DNA from: Macrostomum lignano
Taxonomy: Eukaryota
Assembly (NCBI GenBank): GCA_002269645.1
Contig: NIVC01001918.1
Location: forward strand, 62,001 to 126,000
DNA length: 64,000 nt
Direction of reading: 5' to 3'
Shown here: in pieces, positions 11,201-22,445 of the stretch
How positions within the stretch are numbered: position 1 is the first letter of the stretch
How the letters are laid out: each line of letters starts with the position of its first letter
Notes under the pieces: model-generated
The model's database searches: none
What the model was told of the DNA's origin: nothing
The model's input: only the letters and a program-made list of their open reading frames with translations
Translations under genes and position numbers: made by a program

Positions 11201-12429
11201 TTCGGCTCCGACGGCCAGCCAGTCGGATGACGCGGAGCTGGCGGCCGCCCACACCAGGCGCAACGTCCTCATCATCGCCGTGCTGGCTGGCGTGTCCGCC
11301 GTCCTCGCCGTCACCCTCATCGTGGCCATCACCTGCGTCAATCAGCCCTGCGGCGACGTTGGCAGCCAACTGACTCGCTTGATGGCTGCCGCAATGCGGC
11401 GGGGTAGGCGACAGCGGCGGCGCCAGAATCAGCGCCTCGGTGGTTCTCGAAAGTTCTCGCAGGCCTCGCTCTCTGAAGCTGGCTGCGGAGGCGGCGGCGG
11501 CAACGGAGGCGCCTCAACTCTCGACGGCCAGATCGACGAGATGTCTGGCCTGCAGCTGACGGACCCGGCCTGGACCACTGGCTTGCCGGACCCTCTGCTG
11601 TGCCGCACTCTTGAGGTAAAATACCCGTGCTGAACTTCTGCTGCTGGAGTCGTGTTTCTATAATCATGCTGAAGCAGCAAGTAAACTTTGCAACCCCGAG
11701 TGTGACAAATGTGATTTCAAACTGAGTACCAAAGAACGTCATATCAGTTACGTTCCATTCATCGTGGAGCTCTGTTCTTCATAAGCAGTCTGCGCCAATC
11801 AAATTTCAGTTAGAAAGTCTCAACTGCCTCATCATTTTCAGTGCCACCGGCAGCTGCTCACGTTGCCCAGCAGCTGCGGCCACCGCTGCCAACAGCAGCG
11901 ACGCTGCCAGCATGTTGACGGCAGTGCCAGCAGTCGCAAACCGCTGCCCAGGCCGGCGTCGGCGGCTTTCGTGCACCAGCAGCCGCACCAGCACCATCCG
12001 GCAGCCAGCAGCTACTGGCTTCAGCAGATTAGCGAGGACTCCGTCAGTCCGCCCTCGGCAGCGGGCACCCTGACGACGTCAACGGACGTCACGGAAGTGT
12101 CCCGGTGTTCCACTAGCGCCGCGGCAGCTGCTGCAATTGACGGCGCCCAGTCTGATAGCGGCCGGGGCTGCTCAGACGAGGATCTATCGTGGCCCCCGGC
12201 TCCGTCCGCTGGCGCCGCGTGCCAGACGACGCTTCAACCGACAGCGGCGCTAAAGGCCGCATTTGGCCGACGGCTTCAGCAGCAGCAGCCGCAGCAGCCG
12301 CAGTCAACCTCGTTGGCGCTTGGCATCGATGGCAGGCAGCTGGCGCAGAATTCGTTGGGTCGGTCGAACTCCGCTGAGCGAGCCTGTCGCCAGATTGACA
12401 CCCTGTTCTTTGGCGATCTCAACACCTGA
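5209..12429 (+). CDS. pcdh: Protocadherin with 7 EC repeats, TM and cytoplasmic DSGRG motif; exons 5209-6108, 8918-9908, 10152-10666, 11178-11615, 11842-12429 (about 1143 aa)
   Basis: Signal peptide and six DxND linkers (DVNDHSP, DDNDNSP, DANDNPP, DLNDNSP, DVNDNAP, DENDSPP). GT-AG joins restore cadherin motifs across junctions (IVVK|LVATDAD, DADEG|VNSQV, ADTA|ILHIDV). TM VLIIAVLAGVSAVLAVTLIVAITCV; tail SQSDSGRGCSDED. Exon lengths sum to 3432 nt, in frame. Confidence 0.9.
6139..6240. repeat. 22-bp repeat (GGGGGCGGAAGTCGGTGGAGAT), pcdh intron 1
   Basis: About 4.5 units, starting about 30 nt after the donor at 6109. Confidence 0.85.
6245..6855. repeat. 23-bp minisatellite (GAGATCAGAGACGGAAGTGAGCT)
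   Basis: About 26 units; shares the CGGAAGT core with the adjacent 22-mer. Confidence 0.95.
8010..8910. repeat. 20-bp minisatellite (CTAAACTCCAATTGCACAAC) abutting the pcdh exon 2 acceptor
   Basis: About 45 units; the last unit reads CTAAACTCCGGTTGCAG|exon. Confidence 0.95.
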
Positions 12430-12966
12430 AATGTTTATTATTCTATATTACAATCGAAGCAAAATCGAAACAAGTTTTATATTTCCTTGCATTAAGTATA
12501 CGATATTGATACTAATTTGTTTGTCGTTGTCAGTGAGGCCTACTATATTTACATATCCAACCAGCATTATCTCCAGCTCTTGGTTTTAATGCAACGCCTG
12601 ACTCAAATTTAACTTGTCATACTTCTGAATGCATAGATTGTACACTTGCATTTTATTGGTACAATTTTCAGGTAGATGCCATCGTCTATTGCCAGAACGT
12701 ACTTTACCTATTCAAATACCTTGTCTATTGAAACATTTTTGAGAGTCACAATTTTGGTCGAATCGTGTGGTCCAGCTTGTTTTCAAACCAACTCACCAAC
12801 TCTGAAGCTATTTGAACAATAAATTCTTTCCTTTAATCAAATTTCCATTAGTATTCCTCAGCTAAGAATTATATTGTTCAACTGTTTTTTTGCTATTTGT
12901 TTATTGTGCACAATTTTGTTTATTGCAACATTTCAAATATGACTGCATTGTATTTTTGTACATGTG

Positions 12967-12976
12967 AATAAATAAA
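12967..12976 (+). terminator. Candidate polyadenylation signal (overlapping AATAAA x2) for pcdh
   Basis: AATAAATAAA about 540 nt after the stop codon, followed by a T-rich tract. Confidence 0.5.
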
Positions 12977-13916
12977 ATACTTTTTTTTTGCTATTCGAAT
13001 ATAGCGATTTACATACGCTCGTACATGTACCAGTCACTATTCACTAATTTGGATAACAGATTGGCTGAATACCTAGCTACGGATGTAATACTAGCAATTT
13101 AATTTGCTCCTTGACGTCGGGATTTATTTGAAAAAAGGAGGCTGCTTCATTGTTCAATTGGGAAAAGATCGACGGAAGGATTAGAGAAATAGCTAAAATA
13201 ACCAGTCATGCTTCTCAACCTACGCCTAAAATAGAGCAAGTATAAAAGTTTTCTGATTGTTTCTGTATTATTATTAGACAGTTACGTATGTACGCTCGTA
13301 TATAATTCTTTCTATTCATACAGGCATTGACTTTGTGATACTGCATGGACTTGTTGCAAACTGCAGGTTTGTTGCACAATGATAAAGTAGTGCACTATCA
13401 GTGTGTACCATTTTAATTACCAGATGTATAACTTAAAATCATTCATATCTCAAGCATAGCGTACTTTATTACATTAATAATTAGTATTGAAATATTAGTG
13501 TACCGATTCACTCGTTTCTCAGATATTGATTGTCTACGTTTACTGGCCATTGGAAATTGGATGCGCTCAACGCTTAGCCAAAATAAAAGCTTAATTTCAT
13601 TTATTTTAGTTAGCAATTTCCTGTCAACCATTTTTTTCATAAGAATAGTTAGTTACATATTTAAGCGAAACATATTTGTTAAAGGTCTGTACGTACTCAA
13701 ATGGAAAACATTCCTCGAAACCGTGCGAAAAGAGCTTTAGCGAATGTACGACAATAAATTGCTATCGAAGTTTTTTTCGATTATCTAATCTATTAGAGTA
13801 AAATTTTCCTAGTAAGAATCATCTGAATAGCACAAGTGCATATTAAAGTTTTACTCAAAACATAACTACAGCATTTAGCAGCATCACACAGCCGTAAGAA
13901 AAGTAGAAAACGAAGT

Positions 13917-16900
13917 ATGAGGAATAAAGTCGGATTCTGTATAGCCTTCCTAATAGGACTTATATATGCTATATTATTTATTTTCAAACTCTTGCTGTCA
14001 TGTATTCTTTATGGCAAAAAAGCAGTTGCTAGTCCAAAGTTTCGAAGCAGACCAAAAGTTTTAACAAAATGGCAATATGGAAAATCATGTTTTCTTCATC
14101 TGCAGGTAAGAAAGTTCTAATGATATAACCTTCATTGTCCTAGACCTTCTTTTATTTTAAAACGATTGCTGTGGCCTAAAGCTAAAGTGTTAATGACAAT
14201 CATTCTGCTTTGATTTAAATAAAGTAGCTTAGACTGATATGCTATGCTAGGCCTATATGCCTATACTATATTCTATGTATAGTATAAGTATATAAACTAG
14301 GGCCTAGCAATCCAGTGCCCCCCTTTGGGTGCGCAAATAAGCAAGGAGCAAAAAGAGTTGTTGCTCAAGATTAGGGATTCCAAAATCCCGACAATTTACA
14401 ATCCCGGGATTGAGAAATCCTGAAATCCCAATGGTTTAAAATCCTGGGATCACTAATCCCAGAAAATCCCAACTGAGAGTAATCCTGGGATCCCACTTCG
14501 AAGTTAAAAAAATCCCGGGATCCTGGGATCCCGATATCAAATATATTGACACATCTGCATCCAGCTTTTACCACGACCACAAAGTATAATTATGATATTT
14601 ATAATGATAGCTAATGGTTCAAACTGGTATATTTACGCAATAAACTTATCTTTGCTTAGTTATTGTACAAGTAGAAATAGAAAATTGTTTGATAATAATA
14701 AATAATATTTATCCATAAAAGATAACTGATAATAATTGATTACAACAATAATAACTTGTTTTAATATAGGTTATATAGCAAGATGCAATATCAATGAAAA
14801 TTATCAGAGTGAATGTCATGTTTAATGCCACGTTACAGTGTTAGACATCATGCAACTGACGAACATGTGAAATTAAATTACACCTTACAAAAAAAAATTA
14901 AATTTCTGCTTAACAAACTGCTCTAACAAATTTTGCTGCTTTTTATGTGTGATTTTGATACAGACATGTAGGCTGCAGTTGTATTTTTTTATATTTTTTA
15001 AAGTTGAATCTTTTTTTCCAATTTTACATGATTATTTTACTAAAATTTTTAGTTGAAAAAAAAGAATTAAAATCAGTTTGAATCCCAAAACAATCTTGGG
15101 ATTTAAGCCTTACAATCCCGGGATCCCAATCCCGCACTGTTGTAATCCCAAGAATCATAAATCCTGAAATTTCAAGTCCTAAAAAATCCCAGGATTGAAA
15201 TCCCGTTTTTTGATTCTAAATCCCGGGATCCTGGGATTGGAATGCCTACTCAAGATTGATGATCAAGATTTCTCAGGAAAGCAAGCAAGGCAAGAAATCT
15301 TTCAGGATCCATCCCAGTCCTTCCTACCTTGTCCCTTTTAAAAAACAGGGAGCAATTGCAGGTTTTCGTGATAGACATAGACTTTAGGCCTAGTCATCTC
15401 AAACTAGTAACTATAGTCATAACATTGATGTGATTGAACATTGAATTAGTTAAAGTAGTTTAGCTACTTTAATACCATAGTATATGTAGTATCAAATTAC
15501 TTTTCATTTGAATTTATATTAGTGCCAATCAATGATAAATAGGCCTAGTCTAATGCTAGTAGTCCTATATATCTGGTAAATTCTAAATAGGGAAAATAGC
15601 AAAAACATATTTACGAGGGGTGTCCAAAAAGTAGTGATACTTTTAACCGTAGCTCTCATTCTGTAGCTTCCTGTGATTTAAAATTTTATGAACTGATAGC
15701 GGAAAATCTCTTCTACAGACTGCTTTTTGAATTTTTAAAATTGATACTAGAGAACCAAAGTTATACCCACGAAAGTAACAGTACCTGTACCATAGAGTTA
15801 CACAAATTATATCGAAATTTATAATAGTTGACTTCTGCACTCATTCATTAAGAAGGCGTCAATAAATGTCTTGTTTAAGCAATACCAAACCCCAATTGCA
15901 AAATGATGCTCACTGTGACTGACTGAAATTTATCTATGGACGGGATCAGGCCCAGAAAAATAAAGCATTAAATGCATTACTTTACTTGCAAACAGAGGAG
16001 CTTGCATTTTGCGATTTGTTCATGATTTCATTGCCCATACTCGACAACACACATGAATGTGCACTCAGTTGTTGCTCAGCAAAGTACTATCTTCACTCTT
16101 TGGGGCGCTGGCCATGGTGCCTCAGAAATTCACGCAAAACTTTGCTCTGCGCACGGATCCTCTGCGGTCAGCAAAATGACAGTTTATCAATAGATGGAGC
16201 AGTTCAGCGAGGGAAGGACTGACTTGGCAGATCAGCATCGGACGGGGCGGCCATACGTTCATCGACCTGATGTACTGGCGGACTCCATTCTGAATCTTCT
16301 TGACGAGGACTCCCGAATGACCATTAGAGAGATCGCTGACAGGTTAGACAAGCCGAAATCAACAATTCATCGAAGCTTACTCGGCATGGATCTCGTGAAG
16401 CTCAGCCTATAATTTGTGTAACTCTATGGTACAGGTACTGTTACTTTTGTGGGTATAACTTTTGTTCTCTGGTATCAATTTTAAAAATTCAAAAAGCAGT
16501 CTGTAGAAGAGATTTTCCGCTATCAGTTCATAAAATTTTAAATCACAGGAAGCTATAGAACGAGAGCTATGGTTAAAAGTATCACTACTTTTTGGACACC
16601 CCTCATATTAATAATTATACTAAAGCATAAAGAATTCTAAAGCATATTTTACCTCTGACAAAAATGCCTAGAGTAGGCCTATTAATCTATATTAACTATT
16701 GAATTCCTTTTTGGTGCATAGTAAAGATAGAGAAGAGAGCTAAGACCATTTAGTCTCTCTCCCTAAAAAGTTAAATACAGTTGTACATCGATGCAAGAGA
16801 GACTACAATCTTTTCCACTATTGGCCTAAGCTTGGCAGTAGGCTTGGGGCTACAGAAAAATGTTGCCCAGGCATTAAATTGAATCTTTGCATTCAATTAC

Positions 16901-19900
16901 TTTACTTTTTGGAGAGACAGAAGGTAATAGATAAAATGTCATCCATATTTTTCTGTATTTTTCTATGTATATATCTGCTATAATTTGACTTAAATCTTTA
17001 CAAATAGAGCCTATATATTCACTTTCATTCTGCAATCATTTAAATATAGAAATTGTATTAAAATGGTTGTAGGAAAAAAGTAAGGAAGATCTATTTTGTT
17101 TTATAATCATCTATATTGTATAAAATCACATGTAAGGGATTATAGTATAAAAAATAAAGTTGAATGTAATTTGCAAAGTAACAAATTTTAGTTAGTCATT
17201 CTAGAGACAAAGTCCCAAGTAATGTCAGAATATCAAAACTAAATGTATAGGCTTATGTTCATATTTGATTTTCAGCATGTTTTGTACAGAGATGCATGCT
17301 TTCCTTCATGTTCATCTTATGATACCTTCAATAGAAATTAAATATATTCTATAATTAGATAGAGTTTTATGATGAAAGTAATAGGTGGCACACATGTTTA
17401 CACAAAAATATGTAGAAAAATAAACATGGCATAAAGCATGTGTTAAATTTGACTAAATTTGACTGACTGAAATTTGTTTGCTCAAAAACTGCATTCTTTT
17501 TTTTACTTTTGTACTACTATTGCCTACATGTAATTTTACCATTGAGGTAATAGAAAATAAAATAGATATCTTTTACTTTCATCTTACAATCATTTATATA
17601 CAATCTCTCCATTTAAATGATCAAACAAAAGTAAATTTATAGGCCCCCATTCTTGGTTTTGCTGTTTTTTTGTTTGATTGTGATTCTTAAAGTGAAAATA
17701 TGGAACAAAAAACAATTATTATATGATAATCTTTTGATAAACTATAGATAAACTTTGATAACTTGATAAACTCACAGACATCTTGAATCAATATTTTTAT
17801 TTTTATTCAATATTAATATTATTGTTTTTGCTATTATTGTCACTTGCAACAAAGCAAAGTTCAACATAATATATTCATATGTTGATCAAGCCTTGAAATA
17901 GTTGAATATATGTGTATAAATGAGCATACTTAAAAATTATAGTTACATTTCTTTTGAATATCAAAAATGGTTTCTTTAAAATAAATATATTTTTTGCTGA
18001 TTAACTAAGTACAAGTATAATAAAACCTGGCAGAATGTAAAGCAGTTTAAAAAAGTACAAATGTCAGTTTCTTCTTAAATTTTTTTCAACACTTTAGTTA
18101 AAAAAATTCTTATCTAACTTTTCATTTAATTATAAGTAGCTTGTACTTATAAGTAATCAGAGCTAGGCTAGTCTGGGTTGAATGCTGTGTAGGAGCACAC
18201 AGTACTTTATGCTTAAAAATCAAAAAATGAACTCACCATAAATGCAGCTGACTATCGCTCTCCATTCCCAAACCAGAACTTAACCATGCACTGTGTTGCT
18301 AATGGAGACCCAAGCAAGCCTCTGCTACTTCTGCTGCACGGATTTCCTGAATTTTGGTTCAGCTGGCGGCATCAGCTGAACAGCGAATTGGCAAAACATT
18401 TCAGGCAAGTCTCATTGCTGACCCTAACCACCTTATCGTGACGCTTTGGGTAAACGGTGGGAGTAACTATGACACTATTAAAATAACATAAATGCCTCGT
18501 CGTCTTATTAGTGCTTAGTAAATATATTTAACAGGAATTTCACTTGTCACACTGAGCCATTATCTGCATATATATTCTCATTGGACAATATTCTAACTCC
18601 ATTTCAGGGTTGTGGCTGTAGACATGCGTGGCTACGGAGACACCGATAAACCCACAGGTATAGAGCGATATCGCATGGTTCATTTAGTGGACGATGTTCG
18701 GCAAGCCATTCTGGCTCTGGGTGAGTTGTGCGAAACTTTATTGACAATAATCTCTGACTGCTACTTCTAATGTTTACCAAACTTTGTTGACAAGCATCTG
18801 GAAATCTCCCAGATTGGGGATCAGCATCTGGAAATCTCCCAGATTGGGATCTGCATCTGGAAATCTCCCAGATTGGGGATCAGCAACTGGAATTCTCCCA
18901 AATTGGGGATCTGCATCTGGAATTCTCCCAAATTGGGTATCTGCATTTGGAATTCTCCCAAATTGGGTATCTGCGTCTGGAATTCTCCCAAATTGGGTAT
19001 CTGCAACTGGAATTCTCCCAAATTGGGGATCTGCATCTGGAATTCTCCCAAATTGGGTATCTGCGTCTGGAATTCTCCCAAATTGGGGATCTGCAACTGG
19101 AATTCTCCCAAATTGGGGATCTGCATCTGGAATTCTCCCAAATTTGGGATCTGCAACTGGAATTCTCCCAAATTAGGAACAGCATCTGGAATTCTCCCAA
19201 ATTGGGGATCAGGATCTGGAAATCTCCCAAATTGGGGATCAGGATCTGGAAATCTCCCAGATTGGGGAGCAGCATCTGGAAATCTCTCAAATTGGGGAGC
19301 AGCATCTGGAAATCTCTCAAATTGGGGAGCAGCATCTGGAAATCTCCCAAATTGGGGATCAGCATCTGGAAATCTCCCAGATTGGGGAGCAGAATTTAGA
19401 AATCTCCCAGCAGCGCAATGGGATCTCCAATACGCCGTTCCCAGGCTACACCCGGTGCCACCTGGTCGGTCACGATGTCGGTGGCGCGGTGGCCTGGTCC
19501 CTGGCCGCGGCCCGGCCCGCCATGGTTGACCGCCTGGTGCTGCTGAACGCGCCGCACCCGCTGGCCTATCACACCTGCCTGCGCAGCACCCGGTCGCAGT
19601 TCTTCCGCGCCTGGCACCTGTTCTTCTTCCAGCTGCCCCGGCTGCCCGAGTGGCTGGTTGGCCGTCAGGACTTGGCCGCTCTGGCCGACTCGCTCACCGG
19701 CAAGAGCCAGGGGGTCAAGCGCGGTGCCGTCTGCAATGATGAGCTCGAAGCTTATAAGTTTATGTTCAGCGCTCCAGGTGAGTGCCCCTGCTGCTTGTCT
19801 CACTGTGCTTCTCTCTGTTGTCTCACTCTGCTTCTCTCTGTTGTCTCACTGTGCTTCTCTGTTGTCTCACTGTGCTTCTCTCTGTTGTCTCACTCTGCTT

Positions 19901-20926
19901 CTCTCTGTTGTCTCACTGTGCTTCTGTCTGTTGTCTCACTGTGCTTCTCTCTGTTGTCTCACTCTGCTTCTCTCTGTTGTCTCACTGTGCTTCTCTGTTG
20001 TCTCACTGTGCTTCTCTCTGTTGTCTCACTCTGCTTCTCTCTGTTGTCTCACTGTGCTTCTGTCTGTTGTCTCACTGTGCTTCTCTCTGTTGTCTCACTG
20101 TGCTTCTCTCTGTTGTCTCACTCTGCTTCTCTCTGTTGTCTCACTGTGCTTCTCTCTGTTGTCTCACTCTGCTTCTCTCTGTTGTCTCACTGTGCTTCTG
20201 TCTGTTGTCTCACTGTGCTTCTCTCTGTTGTCTCACTGTGCTTCTCTCTGTTGTCTCACTGTGCTTCTCTGTTGTCTCACTGTGCTTCTCTGTTGTCTCA
20301 CTGTGCTTCTCTCTGTTGTCTCACTGTGCTTCTCTCTGTTGTCTCACTGTGCTTCTCTCTGTTGTCTCACTCTGCTTCTCTGTTGTCTCACTGTGCTTCT
20401 CTCTGTTGTCTCACTGTGCTTCTCTCTGTTGTCTCACTGTGATTCTCTCTGTTGTCTCACTCTGCTTCTCTCTGTTGTCTCACTGTGCTTCTCTGTTGTC
20501 TCACTGTGCTTCTCTGTTGTCTCACTCTGCTTCTGTTATCCCACCCTACTTATTTTTTCTCTCTAAATCTTTCTCTCACCTCACTACGCTCCTGGCCCCG
20601 CAGGCGCCCTGACTGGCCCCATCAACTACTTCCGGGCCAGCCTCCGCTACCCAGACGACAAATTCGAGCTTGAGGGCCGCCGACGACCGCCAATCGGCCA
20701 GCCGACTCTGCTGGTCTTCGGCTGCCGCGACCGCTTCGTCACGGAGACGGCCGCCCGCCTGTCCGGCCGCTACTGCCGGCCTGGCCGCTTCACCTACCGG
20801 CCCGTGCCAGGGGGCAGCCACTGGCTGCAGCAGGACTGCCCGGACCTGGTCAACCGCCTGCTGCTGGAGCACCTGCTGCCCGCCAACGGCAGGCCGCCTG
20901 CGCTGCTGTCCGAATCGGACGAGTAG
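13917..20926 (+). CDS. EPHX4: Epoxide hydrolase 3/4-like alpha/beta hydrolase; exons 13917-14105, 18277-18404, 18608-18720, 19445-19777, 20604-20926 (about 361 aa)
   Basis: N-terminal membrane anchor ([21 protein letters not shown]). Motifs [33 protein letters not shown], nucleophile elbow [35 protein letters not shown] and GSHWLQQD. Phases 0/2/1/1 are consistent; total 1086 nt. The start codon is less certain, and the symbol is family-level only. Confidence 0.85.
14372..15248. mobile_element. hAT-type MITE (877 bp) in EH intron 1
   Basis: Perfect 8-bp TSD CTCAAGAT (14364-14371 and 15249-15256). TIRs TAGGGATTCC / GGAATGCCTA match 9/10. Dense subterminal AATCCC/GGGATT repeats at both ends; no ORF. 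Confidence 0.88.
15614..16605 (+). mobile_element. Non-autonomous Tc1/mariner derivative with about 198-bp TIRs
   Basis: TA at 15612-13 and 16606-07. Inverted repeats 15614-15811 and 16408-16605 (CGAGGGGTGTCCAAAAAGTAGTGATACTTTTAACC...). Confidence 0.92.
16053..16412 (+). pseudogene. Mariner transposase remnant, N-terminal HTH DNA-binding region only
   Basis: [30 protein letters not shown]...[27 protein letters not shown]...[22 protein letters not shown]. In-frame TAG at 16191-93 where W is expected; no DDD catalytic domain. Confidence 0.85.
18796..19410. repeat. 30-bp minisatellite (GAATTCTCCCAAATTGGGGATCTGCATCTG), EH intron 3
   Basis: About 20 units, each with internal dyad CCCAA-A-TTGGG. 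Confidence 0.95.
19795..20535. repeat. 21/23-bp minisatellite (CTGTTGTCTCACTGTGCTTCTCT), EH intron 4
   Basis: Starts about 17 nt after the donor at 19778. Confidence 0.95.
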
Positions 20927-20929
20927 AGA

Positions 20930-21350
20930 CTAGTCTTTGTCTGAGCATTCCATAGTCTTTGTCTGAGCACGCCTGAGTCTTTGTCTGAGCACCGACTTCT
21001 CGAGTCTTTGACCTTCCAAATCTTTGTCTGACCCGAGTCTTTTTCTTACCCCATGAGTCTTTGTTTGACCTCATAAGTCTTTGTCTAACCTTATGAGTCT
21101 TTTCCTAACCCTATGAGTCCTTGTCAACCCTGTGAGTCTTTTTCTAATCTTACGGGTCCTTGTCTGAACTCATACTTTTTCCTATGAGTCTTTGTTTGAC
21201 CTCATAAGTCTTTGTTCAACCTTGAGTCTTTGTTTGAACTCATGAGTCTTCCTATGAGTCTTTGTTTGACCTCATAAGTCTTTTTCGTACCTCGAGTCTT
21301 TGCCTGACCCTAGGAGTCTTTGTCTAAAACCATGAGTCTTTGTCTGACTC
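20930..21350. repeat. Degenerate ~20-bp repeat (GAGTCTTTGTCTGACC...) just after the EH stop codon
   Basis: Recurrent GAGTCTTT core. Confidence 0.75.
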
Positions 21351-22011
21351 CATGGGTGTTGTGTGTGTAAATTGCATGAGTATTTTTTTACCTGTCTCTA
21401 TCTTACTCTCCGCGTCTCGCCTGTCCGCCTCTGTGTCCCTGGCCTCGCGTCCTGCCAGCGTGCATTTTCTAAGCCGCCAGTCTCCGCAACAGAAATTTTA
21501 GCAATCAAAAAATAAGTTTTACTAATTAGCAGATCTTATAAAAGTGCTTGTCTTCGCATTTTAATTCTAATAGCTGGCCTGATTAACATCAAGCGCTTGC
21601 TTCTTCCGCTTAATTGAATGTGCAATTACCCCCCCATTGCCTGTAGATTTACCTATTTTGACTACTGGTAGAGCGGACGATTTTACTAATTAGATTCTGA
21701 TTATTTTCTTCAGATGCAAAATATCGTGTGGGCAGAGCGCCAGAACAATTCTATACGTATAATAATGGTAGATATATTTGCACAGTAAGATATAATTTGC
21801 AAATGCAGAGATTATCAATTTGCTAAAAATTAATATATTTCTCCATTGCTGGTAATATTATTTTTTTAAACTAATTATTACATTTTTATGAAAAAAATTT
21901 GAGAACTGCAGAAACAGTGCAATACTCGTACTGTACTACTGAACAGTTATAAGTCGCAAAAGTAGTATTACGTAGAAAAAGTGAAACAAAGATTTGGGGT
22001 AACAAATTGAA

Positions 22012-22017
22012 TTTATT
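22012..22017 (-). terminator. Candidate polyadenylation signal for the TRPC gene
   Basis: TTTATT on + (AATAAA on -), about 430 nt past the stop codon. Confidence 0.4.
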
Positions 22018-22445
22018 TTAAAGTACACGGCGCGATTAAAATAATTAAAACAAAATATACCACCTCTGAGCGGAATTCGCTACTCACCGCAGTTTGTGCA
22101 GTAGTATAAAAAGAGAATTTTACAATTTAATTCGCAATTAGGGCCAAATTGATATGGAGAATTGCTGATGAAACCGTATTACGAGACAAAGAGCACACGA
22201 AGCAATGTGTGCGTGTGTGTTGGTCCCTCAACGATAAGAGAAGTGCTTGTACAAGTAGGTCAATTAAGGTCATGTCGACGTCGGTCTGGGAAATTCAAAG
22301 TCGATTTTAAAACTCCGGGGGAGAGTCGCCCGGAGGTACTCGGACGACTCGAGTACTCGGATTTACTCGAATCCGAGGTACTCGGATTTACATGCATTGC
22401 GCTATGGTTGTTGACGTCGTACAAAGTTATTTAAGGACATTGGGG

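Noticed and set aside
18190-18245. Possible extra EH exon ([10 protein letters not shown]) just upstream of exon 2
   Set aside because: No donor follows it, and the exon at 13917-14105 already supplies the equivalent region in the right phase.
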